Shown one piece after another: positions 28,070-37,827 of a DNA stretch of 64,000 nucleotides. The position numbers and the translations under genes were made by a program. Below the pieces are notes generated by a model. That model worked only from the letters and a program-made list of their open reading frames with translations, was not told the origin of the DNA and did not search any database. Positions within the stretch are counted from its first letter, which is position 1, and each line of letters begins with the position of its first letter. The DNA is from an uncultured Gammaproteobacteria bacterium. GTDB lineage: Bacteria; Patescibacteriota; Microgenomatia; Levybacterales; UBA12049. The stretch is from the NCBI GenBank assembly GCA_964540055.1, contig CAZILC010000002.1, positions 5,663 through 69,662 on the forward strand. Direction: 5' to 3'.

Positions 28070-28086
28070 AGTCATTTTAATCTATT

Positions 28087-30225
28087 ATGAGGAAAACTCA
28101 CGCTTCCGAAATTAGAGAGAAATGCGGTGTCGTCGGTGTTTGGACCACTGACAACTATGCTCCGTATATAGCAAGGCGCGCGCTTGCAGCTTTGCAGCAC
28201 CGAGGACAGGAAAGTGCAGGCTTAAGTGTTCTCAATCTTGACGGAAAAATCTCAACCTACAAAAAAATGGGTCTTGTCCCTCATGTGCTAACCGAATCAG
28301 TAATTAAGAACTTAGGCCCAGGACATAGCGCAATCGGACAAAACCGATATGCCACCTTCGGTCATTCTCATGAGGCAAATGCACAGCCGATAGCCATGCT
28401 GAACGGCAAATTTCAGCTGAGTCTTGGACACAACGGCAATATCCCCAATGTCACCAATATCAAAAAACAATTAAGCGCAAGATTTGCAAATTCCGGCGAT
28501 ACCGAAGTGATGACAGCTTTGCTTCACAAAAAACGTAAAGATTTTACGAGCTGGGAAGAAACGCTTATCAATGTCCTCCCCGAATTTCAAGGAGCATATT
28601 CGCTAACCATTCTGACAAATGATGGCTCACTCTTTGGCGTTCGCGATCCTTTCGGCATCAGACCACTTTGTATTGGAAAATTTGAATATGGCTGGATTCT
28701 CGCCTCAGAATCCGCAGCACTTGATACGATCGGTGCCGATTTTATTCGTGAAATCAAACCGGGAGAAATAATAAAAATTGATAAAGACGGCAAAATCACA
28801 TCCTACTTTTTTGGCGAACCCAAACGCCCGAAATATTGCATGTTTGAATGTGTTTATTTTGCCCGCCCTGATAGTTTTATCAATGGCATGCGGATTCGAA
28901 AAGGCCGCGAAGCGTCAGGACATTTACTTGGAAAACGAATGAGAGAAAAAGGAATTCAACCTGAAATTGTAGTGCCCACATTTGATTCAGGTTATCCTGC
29001 TGCAAAAGGAGTTGCACATGAACTGGGAATTCCAATGGTTGATGCGATCACAACAAGTCACTATGTTGGACGAACCTTTATCCAGCCAGGACAGTCCAAT
29101 CGTATTCTAGCAGTGAATGGCAAACATAACATCGTTCCTGATGAAATCCGTGGCAAAAAAGTCGTTATTGTTGATGATTCCGCGGTCCGTCTTACTACCA
29201 GTACGGCTCTCGCGAAAAAATTCAAAGAAGCTGGAGTTAAAGAAATTTACATGGCTTTTGCAAGCCCACCCGTTGTTGATCAATGTGATCTGGGAATTGA
29301 TATGCGTGCCAAAAATGAACTACCAGCTGCGAAATTTGAAAAAGAATCGTTTGACATCATCGAACAAAACATCGCAAAACATGTCGGAGCAGATGCGGTT
29401 GTCTATCTGCCAATAGAAGAAACCACCAAAGCATTTGGTGGTAAACCGAAAGATTTCTATTGGACACCTTTTGGCGGTCCACATCCAATCCGCGGCAAAC
29501 AAGAAGACTTCCCAAAAAGAAAACATCCAATTGTTGGCAAACCAAAAATTTCGGTTTTTGTTTCAGGAGGAGGCTCAAATCTTCAGGCAATTATTGATGC
29601 AATCGAAGCAGGAGAGTTGGATGCAAAAATCGTAAGCGTTGTTTCAAACAAACCTGATGTTTACGCTCTGGAACGAGCTAAGAAACATAAAATCCCGACA
29701 TTTATCCTTCCTTATGAGGGGAAATATGCTAACAAAGAAGCAAGAAAGAAATACGAAGAGAAACTTTTAAAACATATTGCAGAGGTCAAACCAGATCTCA
29801 TCCAATTAGCAGGTTTTAATTTTATTCTGGGTGATACGTTCCTTAACTACGCACAAGAGCATCAAATTGCGGTTATTAACCAGCATCCGGCGCTTCTGAC
29901 TTCAAATAACGGCGACACGGTTGCCACATCTCACGGAATAATGCCTGTTGCGAGAGGAAAACATGTGATTCAAGATCCATTCAATCAAGGTCTGCCTGTT
30001 TCCGGCTTTAGCGTCCATCAATTATTGCCAGGCGACGGATTTGACATGGGCCCAGTCATTTTGACAGCAGAAGTTCACAGACATCCATCGGATACCGTTG
30101 AAACTTGGGAAAAAAGAGTAGCCGAAACCGAAAATCTCTTCATCCCAACAGCCGTAAAAAGAATCCTCCATGTTATGCAATCCGGAATAGACGTAAGTAA
30201 AGGCACCTTCCCATGGGGCAAATAA
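28087..30225 (+). CDS. purF: fused amidophosphoribosyltransferase / GAR formyltransferase (PurF-PurN)
   Basis: The N-terminal part has the nucleophile 'CGVVGV' and the PRPP loop 'VVIVDDSAVRLTTS'. From about aa 487 (nt 29545) it reads 'ISVFVSGGGSNLQAIIDA', 'LAGFNFIL', 'INQHPALL' and 'GFDMGPVILTAEV', which are PurN motifs. Confidence 0.9.
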   Translation: MRKTHASEIREKCGVVGVWTTDNYAPYIARRALAALQHRGQESAGLSVLNLDGKISTYKKMGLVPHVLTESVIKNLGPGHSAIGQNRYATFGHSHEANAQPIAMLNGKFQLSLGHNGNIPNVTNIKKQLSARFANSGDTEVMTALLHKKRKDFTSWEETLINVLPEFQGAYSLTILTNDGSLFGVRDPFGIRPLCIGKFEYGWILASESAALDTIGADFIREIKPGEIIKIDKDGKITSYFFGEPKRPKYCMFECVYFARPDSFINGMRIRKGREASGHLLGKRMREKGIQPEIVVPTFDSGYPAAKGVAHELGIPMVDAITTSHYVGRTFIQPGQSNRILAVNGKHNIVPDEIRGKKVVIVDDSAVRLTTSTALAKKFKEAGVKEIYMAFASPPVVDQCDLGIDMRAKNELPAAKFEKESFDIIEQNIAKHVGADAVVYLPIEETTKAFGGKPKDFYWTPFGGPHPIRGKQEDFPKRKHPIVGKPKISVFVSGGGSNLQAIIDAIEAGELDAKIVSVVSNKPDVYALERAKKHKIPTFILPYEGKYANKEARKKYEEKLLKHIAEVKPDLIQLAGFNFILGDTFLNYAQEHQIAVINQHPALLTSNNGDTVATSHGIMPVARGKHVIQDPFNQGLPVSGFSVHQLLPGDGFDMGPVILTAEVHRHPSDTVETWEKRVAETENLFIPTAVKRILHVMQSGIDVSKGTFPWGK

Positions 30226-30270
30226 CTCATGTGTTATAATCTCCACATAAAACATAAAATACAAAAATAA

Positions 30271-31536
30271 ATGAAAAAAAACATTCTAATTATTGCATCA
30301 GGCGGCCGAGAACACGCAGTCGGTTGGAGACTCGCACAATCCGCTAACGTCGGCAAAATTTATTTCGCTCCAGGCAACCCTGGAACAGCAAAGATAGGAA
30401 CAAATACTAATATCTCCGCAACAGATTTCCCCGCATTAATCGAATTTGCCAAAAAAAACAAAATCGATCTCACCGTCGGCGCACCAGATGATATTCTTGC
30501 TGCAGGAGTTGTCAATGCATTTCAAAAAGCAGGACTTAAAATTTTTGGAGCCTCAAAAGAAGCAGCACAAATTGAATCCTCAAAAGCCTTTGCCAAAGAG
30601 CTCATGAAGGAAGAAGGCATCCCTACAGCGAAGTATCAAACTTTTACTGATGCCAAAAAAGCAAAAGCATATGTCAAAAAACAAGGCGCACCGATCGTCA
30701 TCAAAGCAAGCGGACTTGCACTCGGGAAAGGTGTTGTTGTTGCACATACTCTGGAAGAAGCTCTCAGCGCAATCGACGATGCAATGGTTACTAAAGTCTT
30801 CGGTAAGGCGGGCGAGGAAATTGTCATTGAAGAATTTTTAGAGGGCAAAGAAGTTTCAATTCATGCATTTTCAGACGGCGAACACGTTGCCCTTTTTCCT
30901 ACATCACGAGATCACAAACCCATTTTTAACGACAATAAAGGCCCCAACACAGGTGGAATGGGAACTATTGCTCCACTCACGGATGTAACAAGTAAACAAC
31001 TTGAGGAGATAAAAGAAAAAATTGTTCTTCCCGTAATTGCAGGACTTAAGAAAAGAAACATGCCATTTGTTGGCTGTCTTTATCCCGGACTTATGATGAC
31101 AAAAGACGGGCCAAAAGTTATCGAATTTAATTGCCGATTTGGCGATCCTGAAACAGAATCATATATGCGACTTCTCGAAAGTGACTTGTATGAAATCATC
31201 AATGCCTGTGTTGATGGAAGATTGGATCAAGTAAAAATAACCTGGAGCAAACAAGCAGCCTGCTGCATTATTCTCGCATCAGACGGCTATCCTGCGAGTT
31301 CTCATAAGGGAGATATCATTAGCGGTTTAAACAAAACGGTAAAAGATGTAGTTGTTTTCCATTTAGGAACAAAAGAAGCTGACGGCAATGTCGTCACCAA
31401 TGGTGGCCGTGTAGTTGGAATTACAGCAACAGGAAAAACCCTAGCTGACGCACTCAAATTAGCATACAAACAAATCGGCCCCAAGGGAATACATTTTGAT
31501 GGAATGCAATACCGTACAGATATCGGAAAAATATAA
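30271..31536 (+). CDS. purD: phosphoribosylamine-glycine ligase
   Basis: 421 aa with an ATP-grasp layout, 'ILIIASGGREHA' and 'GPNTGGMGT'. Confidence 0.93.
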   Translation: MKKNILIIASGGREHAVGWRLAQSANVGKIYFAPGNPGTAKIGTNTNISATDFPALIEFAKKNKIDLTVGAPDDILAAGVVNAFQKAGLKIFGASKEAAQIESSKAFAKELMKEEGIPTAKYQTFTDAKKAKAYVKKQGAPIVIKASGLALGKGVVVAHTLEEALSAIDDAMVTKVFGKAGEEIVIEEFLEGKEVSIHAFSDGEHVALFPTSRDHKPIFNDNKGPNTGGMGTIAPLTDVTSKQLEEIKEKIVLPVIAGLKKRNMPFVGCLYPGLMMTKDGPKVIEFNCRFGDPETESYMRLLESDLYEIINACVDGRLDQVKITWSKQAACCIILASDGYPASSHKGDIISGLNKTVKDVVVFHLGTKEADGNVVTNGGRVVGITATGKTLADALKLAYKQIGPKGIHFDGMQYRTDIGKI

Positions 31537-31602
31537 AATTCTAAAGCTAAATACTTGGTAAATGAAGCAAAATCTGTTACAATAGACTTGATAAATTCTC
31601 TA

Positions 31603-34593
31603 ATGACAACACGGATTGAAATAGCAACCACCGTCTTTGATTCCCGCGCTGCCATCCGCCAAAAAAAATTTTCCCACATCGTTTCAGCAAAAAAAATCAA
31701 AAACATCTTTCTGCTTGACGTTTATACCGTCGATAAAAACTTATCAGATAACCAATTCACTACTCTAGCATCAGCCGTGTGTAATCCCGTAACACAAGCC
31801 TTTTATTTCAGAACAGAAAAAACCAAAAGCGACTATGCGCTTTCACAAAAATTTGATTGGGCCATTGAATGGGGCTATCTTCCGGGAGTAACAGACAATG
31901 TTTCTCATACCGTACAAGAAATCGCGACTGATCTTTTGAAAATTTCGTTTGAGAACGATGAACGGGTCTATACATCTCATGTGACATTTATCGAGGGTAC
32001 GCTAACTGAAAAAGAAGTTCAGGATCTTGCCAATAGCATGTACAATCCTCTTATTCAGCGAGTGCATATCAAATCCCGAAAGAAATTTGAAAAAGATAGC
32101 GGTATGGATGTTGTGGTTCCAAATGTGAATCTTAATCAAGAACCAACAGTCGATAAGGTTGATTTAAACGTTTCTGATGAAGAATTGGCAAAAATAGGAA
32201 AAGAAGGCATTGCCAATCCTGATGGCACACGACGCGGTCCTCTGGCTCTTGATCTCGCATTCATGAAAACGATCCAAGCATATTTCAAAAAACAGAAAAG
32301 AAACCCGACAGATATTGAACTCGAGTCACTCGCGCAAACCTGGTCTGAACACTGCAAACATACAATTTTTGCAGATCCTATGGATGAAGTTACAGACGGG
32401 TTGTATAAAACGTTCATAAAAGGTGCCACTAAAGAAATTCGCAATAAAAAAGCCAAAGACGATTTTTGTGTTTCTGTTTTTACTGATAACTCAGGAGCAA
32501 TTGCCTTTGATGATAACTATCTGATAACGCACAAAGCAGAATCCCACAACAGTCCCTCAGCCCTTGATCCCTATGGAGGGGCAATCACAGGAATAGTCGG
32601 TGTGAACCGGGATACGATCGGATTTGGACTTGGCGCCAAACCTGTTGCCAACTATTATGGCTTTTGTTTTGCCGATCCGAGAACGGATGTCCCACTGTAT
32701 AAAGGACAAAATTTTACCCAAAAAATGCTCTCATCACGAAGAATTATGGATGGCGTGATTCAAGGAGTTAACGAAGGAGGTAATCAATCCGGTATCCCCA
32801 CACCGCAAGGATTCGTCTACTTTGATGAGAGATTCCGAGGAAAACCATTAGTCATCGTTGGAACAGTTGGTCTGATTCCGAGAAAAATCAAAGGCAAGCT
32901 ATCACATGTTAAGAAAGCTCAACCAGGTGATCTGATCGTCGTGATCGGCAATCGAGTCGGCAAAGACGGTATTCACGGTGCAACATTCTCATCAGAAGCC
33001 ATGGATACAGGAAGCCCGGCGACAGCCGTTCAGATTGGCGATCCAATTACACAAAAAAAACTCAGTGATGCAATAGTGAAAGAAGCGCGTGATTTGCTTC
33101 TCTACACTAGTATCACCGACAACGGAGCCGGCGGAATTTCCTGCTCAGTTGCTGAAATGGCTAAAGAATCCAATGGATGTGAGGTAGAACTTGAAAAAGT
33201 ACCATTAAAATACCCTGGACTTGAACCTTGGGAAATTTGGATCTCCGAATCCCAAGAGCGCATGACGCTTGCTATACCTCAAAAAAACTGGAAAAAATTT
33301 GAAGATCTTTTGAAACGACGGGGAGTTGAAGCAACGGTGATCGGGAAATTTACAAATTCCGGTAAATGTATTGTTAACTACAATAAAAAGAAAATTATGG
33401 ATATTGATTTAGATTTCTTGCATGACGGTCTACCACACCGACCACAAACGACAACCTACAATCCCCCACTTTTCGTTGAACCCACCCTACCCAACCAAAC
33501 TACTTTTACTGAATCTCTAAGCTCAATGCTCACGCGTCTTAATATCACAAGCTATGCCTTTATCAGCAATCAATATGATTACGTCGTTCAGGCAAATTCT
33601 GTTCTGCCACCGATCCAAGGCAAAGGCCGGGTTAATAGCGATACTTCAGTCATTCGACCGGTTCTGAATTCGAATAAAGGAGTCATCTTATCTCAAGGTT
33701 TGTACCCAAGTTATGGTGAAATAGATTCGTATAAGATGGCAGCAAGTGGCATTGATACTGCAATAAGAAATGCAGTTGCCGCTGGTGCAAATCCTGACTA
33801 TCTGGCAATTCTTGATAACTTTTTCTGGTGTTCTTCAACAGAACCCGAAAGACTTGGACAATTAAAACAAGCCGCAAAAGCATGTTATGACTATGCTGTT
33901 GCCTATGGAACACCTTTTATTTCCGGCAAAGACAGTATGTTTAATGACTTTAAAGGATTTAATGCAAAAGGCGAACCAGTCAAAGTTTCAATTCCTCCAA
34001 CACTTCTTATCTCATCAATAGGTGTTGTCAACGATATTACCAAAGTGGTTTCACTTGATGTCAAAAACGCAGGTGATTTTGTCTATGTTCTGGGAGAAAC
34101 GTTTGATGAACTCGGTGGATCAGAATACTATGCGATGCTAAACGTTGAGAAAAAGAAAAATTTCCAGAGTAATCAAGTCCCGGCCGTTGATGCGAAGAAA
34201 AATTACAAACTCTATCAGGCAATATACAATGCAATGCAAAACAGACTTGTTGCTTCCAGCATATCTATAGGTAGAGGCGGCTTAGTTGTTGCATTGGCAC
34301 GCATGGCAATTGGTGGTCAACTCGGACTGGAAGTAGAATTGAAAAACTTGCCAGGTAATTTCTCAACCAACCATCACGCTTTGTATTCAGAATCCCAAGG
34401 AAGAATTGTCGTGACAGTTAGACCCGAAAACAAAGCTGCATTTAAAAAATCCATGAAAGGCAATGTTTTTGCACAAATAGGAACTGTGACAAAAACTCCC
34501 AAACTTATCATCAATTCAGATAAAAACGACTTGATAAATCTCGACCTGAAAAAAGCAACAGATGCCTATAGAAGTACGTTCAAGGACTATTAA
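31603..34593 (+). CDS. purL: FGAM synthase PurL with a PurS-like N-terminal extension of about 200 aa (PurSL)
   Basis: 'LAQTWSEHCKHTIF' marks the usual N-terminus of a small PurL but sits about 250 aa into this ORF. The ATG at 31603 is preferred over the TTG at 31555. Confidence 0.88.
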   Translation: MTTRIEIATTVFDSRAAIRQKKFSHIVSAKKIKNIFLLDVYTVDKNLSDNQFTTLASAVCNPVTQAFYFRTEKTKSDYALSQKFDWAIEWGYLPGVTDNVSHTVQEIATDLLKISFENDERVYTSHVTFIEGTLTEKEVQDLANSMYNPLIQRVHIKSRKKFEKDSGMDVVVPNVNLNQEPTVDKVDLNVSDEELAKIGKEGIANPDGTRRGPLALDLAFMKTIQAYFKKQKRNPTDIELESLAQTWSEHCKHTIFADPMDEVTDGLYKTFIKGATKEIRNKKAKDDFCVSVFTDNSGAIAFDDNYLITHKAESHNSPSALDPYGGAITGIVGVNRDTIGFGLGAKPVANYYGFCFADPRTDVPLYKGQNFTQKMLSSRRIMDGVIQGVNEGGNQSGIPTPQGFVYFDERFRGKPLVIVGTVGLIPRKIKGKLSHVKKAQPGDLIVVIGNRVGKDGIHGATFSSEAMDTGSPATAVQIGDPITQKKLSDAIVKEARDLLLYTSITDNGAGGISCSVAEMAKESNGCEVELEKVPLKYPGLEPWEIWISESQERMTLAIPQKNWKKFEDLLKRRGVEATVIGKFTNSGKCIVNYNKKKIMDIDLDFLHDGLPHRPQTTTYNPPLFVEPTLPNQTTFTESLSSMLTRLNITSYAFISNQYDYVVQANSVLPPIQGKGRVNSDTSVIRPVLNSNKGVILSQGLYPSYGEIDSYKMAASGIDTAIRNAVAAGANPDYLAILDNFFWCSSTEPERLGQLKQAAKACYDYAVAYGTPFISGKDSMFNDFKGFNAKGEPVKVSIPPTLLISSIGVVNDITKVVSLDVKNAGDFVYVLGETFDELGGSEYYAMLNVEKKKNFQSNQVPAVDAKKNYKLYQAIYNAMQNRLVASSISIGRGGLVVALARMAIGGQLGLEVELKNLPGNFSTNHHALYSESQGRIVVTVRPENKAAFKKSMKGNVFAQIGTVTKTPKLIINSDKNDLINLDLKKATDAYRSTFKDY

Positions 34594-34596
34594 ATT

Positions 34597-35403
34597 ATGA
34601 AAAAACCAAAAGTTTTAGTCTTTTCCGGATACGGATTAAATTGCGAAGAAGAAACAAAGTTTGCCTTCGAAGCGGCTGGTGGATTCGGTGATATTGTCCA
34701 TATCAATGATTTAATTGATGGAAAATACAAACTCTCTGATTATCAAATTCTTGCATTTGGTGGCGGTTTCGCATATGGCGATGACACAGGAGCAGGAAAT
34801 GCGTATGCGAACAAACTCAAAAATCATCTCTGGAATGATCTGCAACAATTCATCAAAGAAGACAAACTTATCATCGGCATCTGTAATGGATTTCAAATTT
34901 TGGTAAACCTAGGTCTTTTGCCAGCATTAAATGCTGAATACGGCAATCGCGAACTCGGACTCATGCATAACGAAATCCCTCGCTACACCGTACGATTTGT
35001 TGATCTGAAAATTGATAATCCGAATTCTCCCTGGCTCAAAGACATCAAATCGCTTTCAATTCCCGTCTCAAACGGTGAAGGCAAACTTTATGCAACCGAC
35101 AAAGTACTCAAAGAAATAAATAAGAAAAAACTCGTTGCGTTCAGATATTTTAAAGGCGAAATGTGCGGCTATCTCGATCTCCCCGCAAGCCCCAATGGAT
35201 CAATTGATGATATCGCAGGAATTACCGATGAATCAGGAAAAATCCTCGGCCTCATGCCCCATCCCGAACGCGCCATGTTCTTCACACAACTTCCAAACTG
35301 GCAGTCACTCAAAGAAGACTATCTAAAACAAAACAAGAAACTCCCCGAATTCGCCCCGGGGTTAGAACTTTTCAAGAACGCAGTGGAGTATTTTAAGAAA
35401 TAA
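34597..35403 (+). CDS. purQ: FGAM synthase glutaminase subunit
   Basis: 268 aa with the catalytic Cys in 'GICNGFQIL' and 'LMPHPERA'. Confidence 0.9.
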   Translation: MKKPKVLVFSGYGLNCEEETKFAFEAAGGFGDIVHINDLIDGKYKLSDYQILAFGGGFAYGDDTGAGNAYANKLKNHLWNDLQQFIKEDKLIIGICNGFQILVNLGLLPALNAEYGNRELGLMHNEIPRYTVRFVDLKIDNPNSPWLKDIKSLSIPVSNGEGKLYATDKVLKEINKKKLVAFRYFKGEMCGYLDLPASPNGSIDDIAGITDESGKILGLMPHPERAMFFTQLPNWQSLKEDYLKQNKKLPEFAPGLELFKNAVEYFKK

Positions 35404-35404
35404 T

Positions 35405-36121
35405 ATGAAATTTCTAGTTTTCCAACATGTACCTCATGAAAAAGTTGGCCTTATAGGTGATTTTGCAAAAAAACATACAATTGAGCTTGAAATTATTGAA
35501 TTATGGAAACCATATACAATCCCGTCCGTATTAAATTACGACGCTCTTATAATTATGGGCGGACCGATGGGTGTTTATGAAGATAAGGAAACATTTCCTT
35601 CCAAAGTAGACGAAATTAAGGCTATTAAAGAAGGTTTGGGAAAAATCCCAATGTTTGGTTTTTGCCTGGGTCATCAACTGCTAGCCTATGCTTTAGGAGC
35701 TGATGTACATCCGAATCTCAAAAATAATAAAAAATTAAAAGAAATCGGTTATTATACTATAGAGCTTACACCTGAAGGCAAAAAGAGTCCTCTCTTTAAA
35801 GGATTTACCTCACCGATTGAAGTTTTTCAGTGGCATGGAGATGTTTGCGAATTACCAAAGGATGCAACGCTTCTTGCAAGTTCGCCATTATGTACTACCC
35901 AAGCATTTTCTTATAAAAATGTATTTGGAATTCAATTTCATTTCGAAATCACCACGGAAATGATAGAAAATCTAATAGAAATAGATAGGACGTGGACTCA
36001 TAGTGATTTTGACCTGGATGAAAAAGAACTATTACAAAAAGCAAAGAAAAATGAAAAATTAATGAGTGAACAATCAGATAGGCTTTTAGAAAATTTTGTG
36101 TCACTAATTTCCAAATCTTAG
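35405..36121 (+). CDS. class I glutamine amidotransferase (GuaA-N-like, stand-alone)
   Basis: 238 aa with 'FGFCLGHQLL' and 'GIQFHFE'. No synthetase domain is attached. Confidence 0.8.
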   Translation: MKFLVFQHVPHEKVGLIGDFAKKHTIELEIIELWKPYTIPSVLNYDALIIMGGPMGVYEDKETFPSKVDEIKAIKEGLGKIPMFGFCLGHQLLAYALGADVHPNLKNNKKLKEIGYYTIELTPEGKKSPLFKGFTSPIEVFQWHGDVCELPKDATLLASSPLCTTQAFSYKNVFGIQFHFEITTEMIENLIEIDRTWTHSDFDLDEKELLQKAKKNEKLMSEQSDRLLENFVSLISKS

Positions 36122-36169
36122 CTCTAAATTGGAATTTTTCTAGAAAATACGCTATAATAGAGCTATAGG

Positions 36170-37729
36170 ATGAGTAAAAAATACGCGCTCATTAGTGTAT
36201 CCGATAAAACAGCCCTTGTTCCTTTCGCGAAGAACATCCTCAAAGCAGGCTACGAAATTATCACCACAGGCGGCACGGCAAAAATTTTACAAGAAGCAAA
36301 ACTCAAATTCACACCCATTCAAGAAATTACCGGCAATCCGGAGAGTTTTGATGGCCGGATGAAAACGATTAGCTTTCAGATCGAATCCGCACTCCTCTAT
36401 GACCGCTCAAACCCCAAACATATAGCAGAAGCCAAGAAACTCAAAATCCCACAAATTGACATAGTCGTCTGCAATCTCTATCCCTTTGAAAAAACAGTTG
36501 CCGACAAAAAAGTGAAATTCAAAGATGCAATTGAAAATATCGATGTTGGCGGCCCGACAATGATTCGCGCAGCAGCAAAGAATAGTCTAATCGTTGTTGT
36601 AGACCCGAACGATTACGATGAAGTTTCAAAAGCTCTAAGCTCTCCTAATTTCCCCGATCCCATCAAACGCAGACTCCAATCCAAAGCTTTTGACCATCTC
36701 ACCTTTTACGACAGTCAAATCGCTTGGTATTTCAGATCACAATTGAAAGAAACTACTTTTCCTCAAGAAATCACTATTCCAGGACGTAAACTCATCGATC
36801 TTCGCTACGGAGAAAATCCTCATCAACAAGGAGCAGTTTATACCCGACCAAACGTACAAACCCCCTTTAACCAACTGACCAAACATTGGGGAAGGGATCT
36901 ATCACTTATCAATATCACAGATATCAATGCAGGACTAGATTCCGTCAGACTCTTCAAAGAACCTGCAGCTGTTGTCATCAAACATAACAACCCCTGTGGA
37001 ATTGCACTTGGGAAAAATGCAGCGGAGGCTCTTACCCGTGCAATCGAAGGTGATCCGGAGTCGGCGTTTGGTGGCATAGTTGTTCTGAACAAACCAATGG
37101 ATATGAAAGCTGCTAAAGTAATCAGTGGATTCAAAGATGCCACACGAGGTAATATGGATATCATTGCTGTGCCTGCTATCAAACCCGACGCGCTCGAATT
37201 CCTGCAAAAAGTCAGAAAATCAATGGGAATTTATTCTTTTGGTGAGATTCCAAATGCCATGGATGACTGGAATATCAAATCAATCGATGGCGGATTTGTT
37301 CTCCAGACAGCCGATGTGGACATCGACGATTCATTTAAACAATGGCAATTTGTTACCAAGAAAAAGCCAACAAAACAGCAACTTGAGCAAATGCAGATCG
37401 GCTGGAAATTTATTACCAAAATTAAATCCAATACAATTCTCGTCATGGACCCAACAATTCCGATGACAAGAGGTATTGGATCAGGGCAAACTTCCCGCAT
37501 CAGATCGTCAAGAATTGCGATTGAGCAAGCTGGTAAATTCAACAAAAACGGTATTCTTGTGAGTGACAGCTTTTTCCCGTTCCCCGATACTATTGAATTA
37601 GCAGCCAAAAACGGCATCGCTGCAATAGTTCAGCAAGGCGGCTCAATAAATGATAAACTTTCAATAGAAGCTGCCGATAAAGCCGGCATTCCGATGGTAT
37701 TCACCGGAAGACGAGCTTTTTGGCATTAA
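36170..37729 (+). CDS. purH: bifunctional AICAR transformylase / IMP cyclohydrolase
   Basis: 519 aa with the N-terminal MGS-like 'ALISVSDKT' and the C-terminus 'TGRRAFWH'. Confidence 0.93.
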   Translation: MSKKYALISVSDKTALVPFAKNILKAGYEIITTGGTAKILQEAKLKFTPIQEITGNPESFDGRMKTISFQIESALLYDRSNPKHIAEAKKLKIPQIDIVVCNLYPFEKTVADKKVKFKDAIENIDVGGPTMIRAAAKNSLIVVVDPNDYDEVSKALSSPNFPDPIKRRLQSKAFDHLTFYDSQIAWYFRSQLKETTFPQEITIPGRKLIDLRYGENPHQQGAVYTRPNVQTPFNQLTKHWGRDLSLINITDINAGLDSVRLFKEPAAVVIKHNNPCGIALGKNAAEALTRAIEGDPESAFGGIVVLNKPMDMKAAKVISGFKDATRGNMDIIAVPAIKPDALEFLQKVRKSMGIYSFGEIPNAMDDWNIKSIDGGFVLQTADVDIDDSFKQWQFVTKKKPTKQQLEQMQIGWKFITKIKSNTILVMDPTIPMTRGIGSGQTSRIRSSRIAIEQAGKFNKNGILVSDSFFPFPDTIELAAKNGIAAIVQQGGSINDKLSIEAADKAGIPMVFTGRRAFWH

Positions 37730-37745
37730 AATAAACTGAAGCGAA

Positions 37746-37812
37746 GTACAAAGTTTTTTTGAGGACGGATGTCTGAGCGAAGCGAGTTGCGCCCGCAAAA
37801 AAAATTTTGTAC
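37746..37812. repeat. imperfect long inverted repeat between purH and purB
   Basis: GTACAAAGTTTTTTT (37746-37760) and AAAAAAAATTTTGTAC (37797-37812) flank a 36-nt GC-rich centre. The flanks are partly complementary as well. Confidence 0.5.
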
Positions 37813-37827
37813 GCAGCGTAAGACAAA

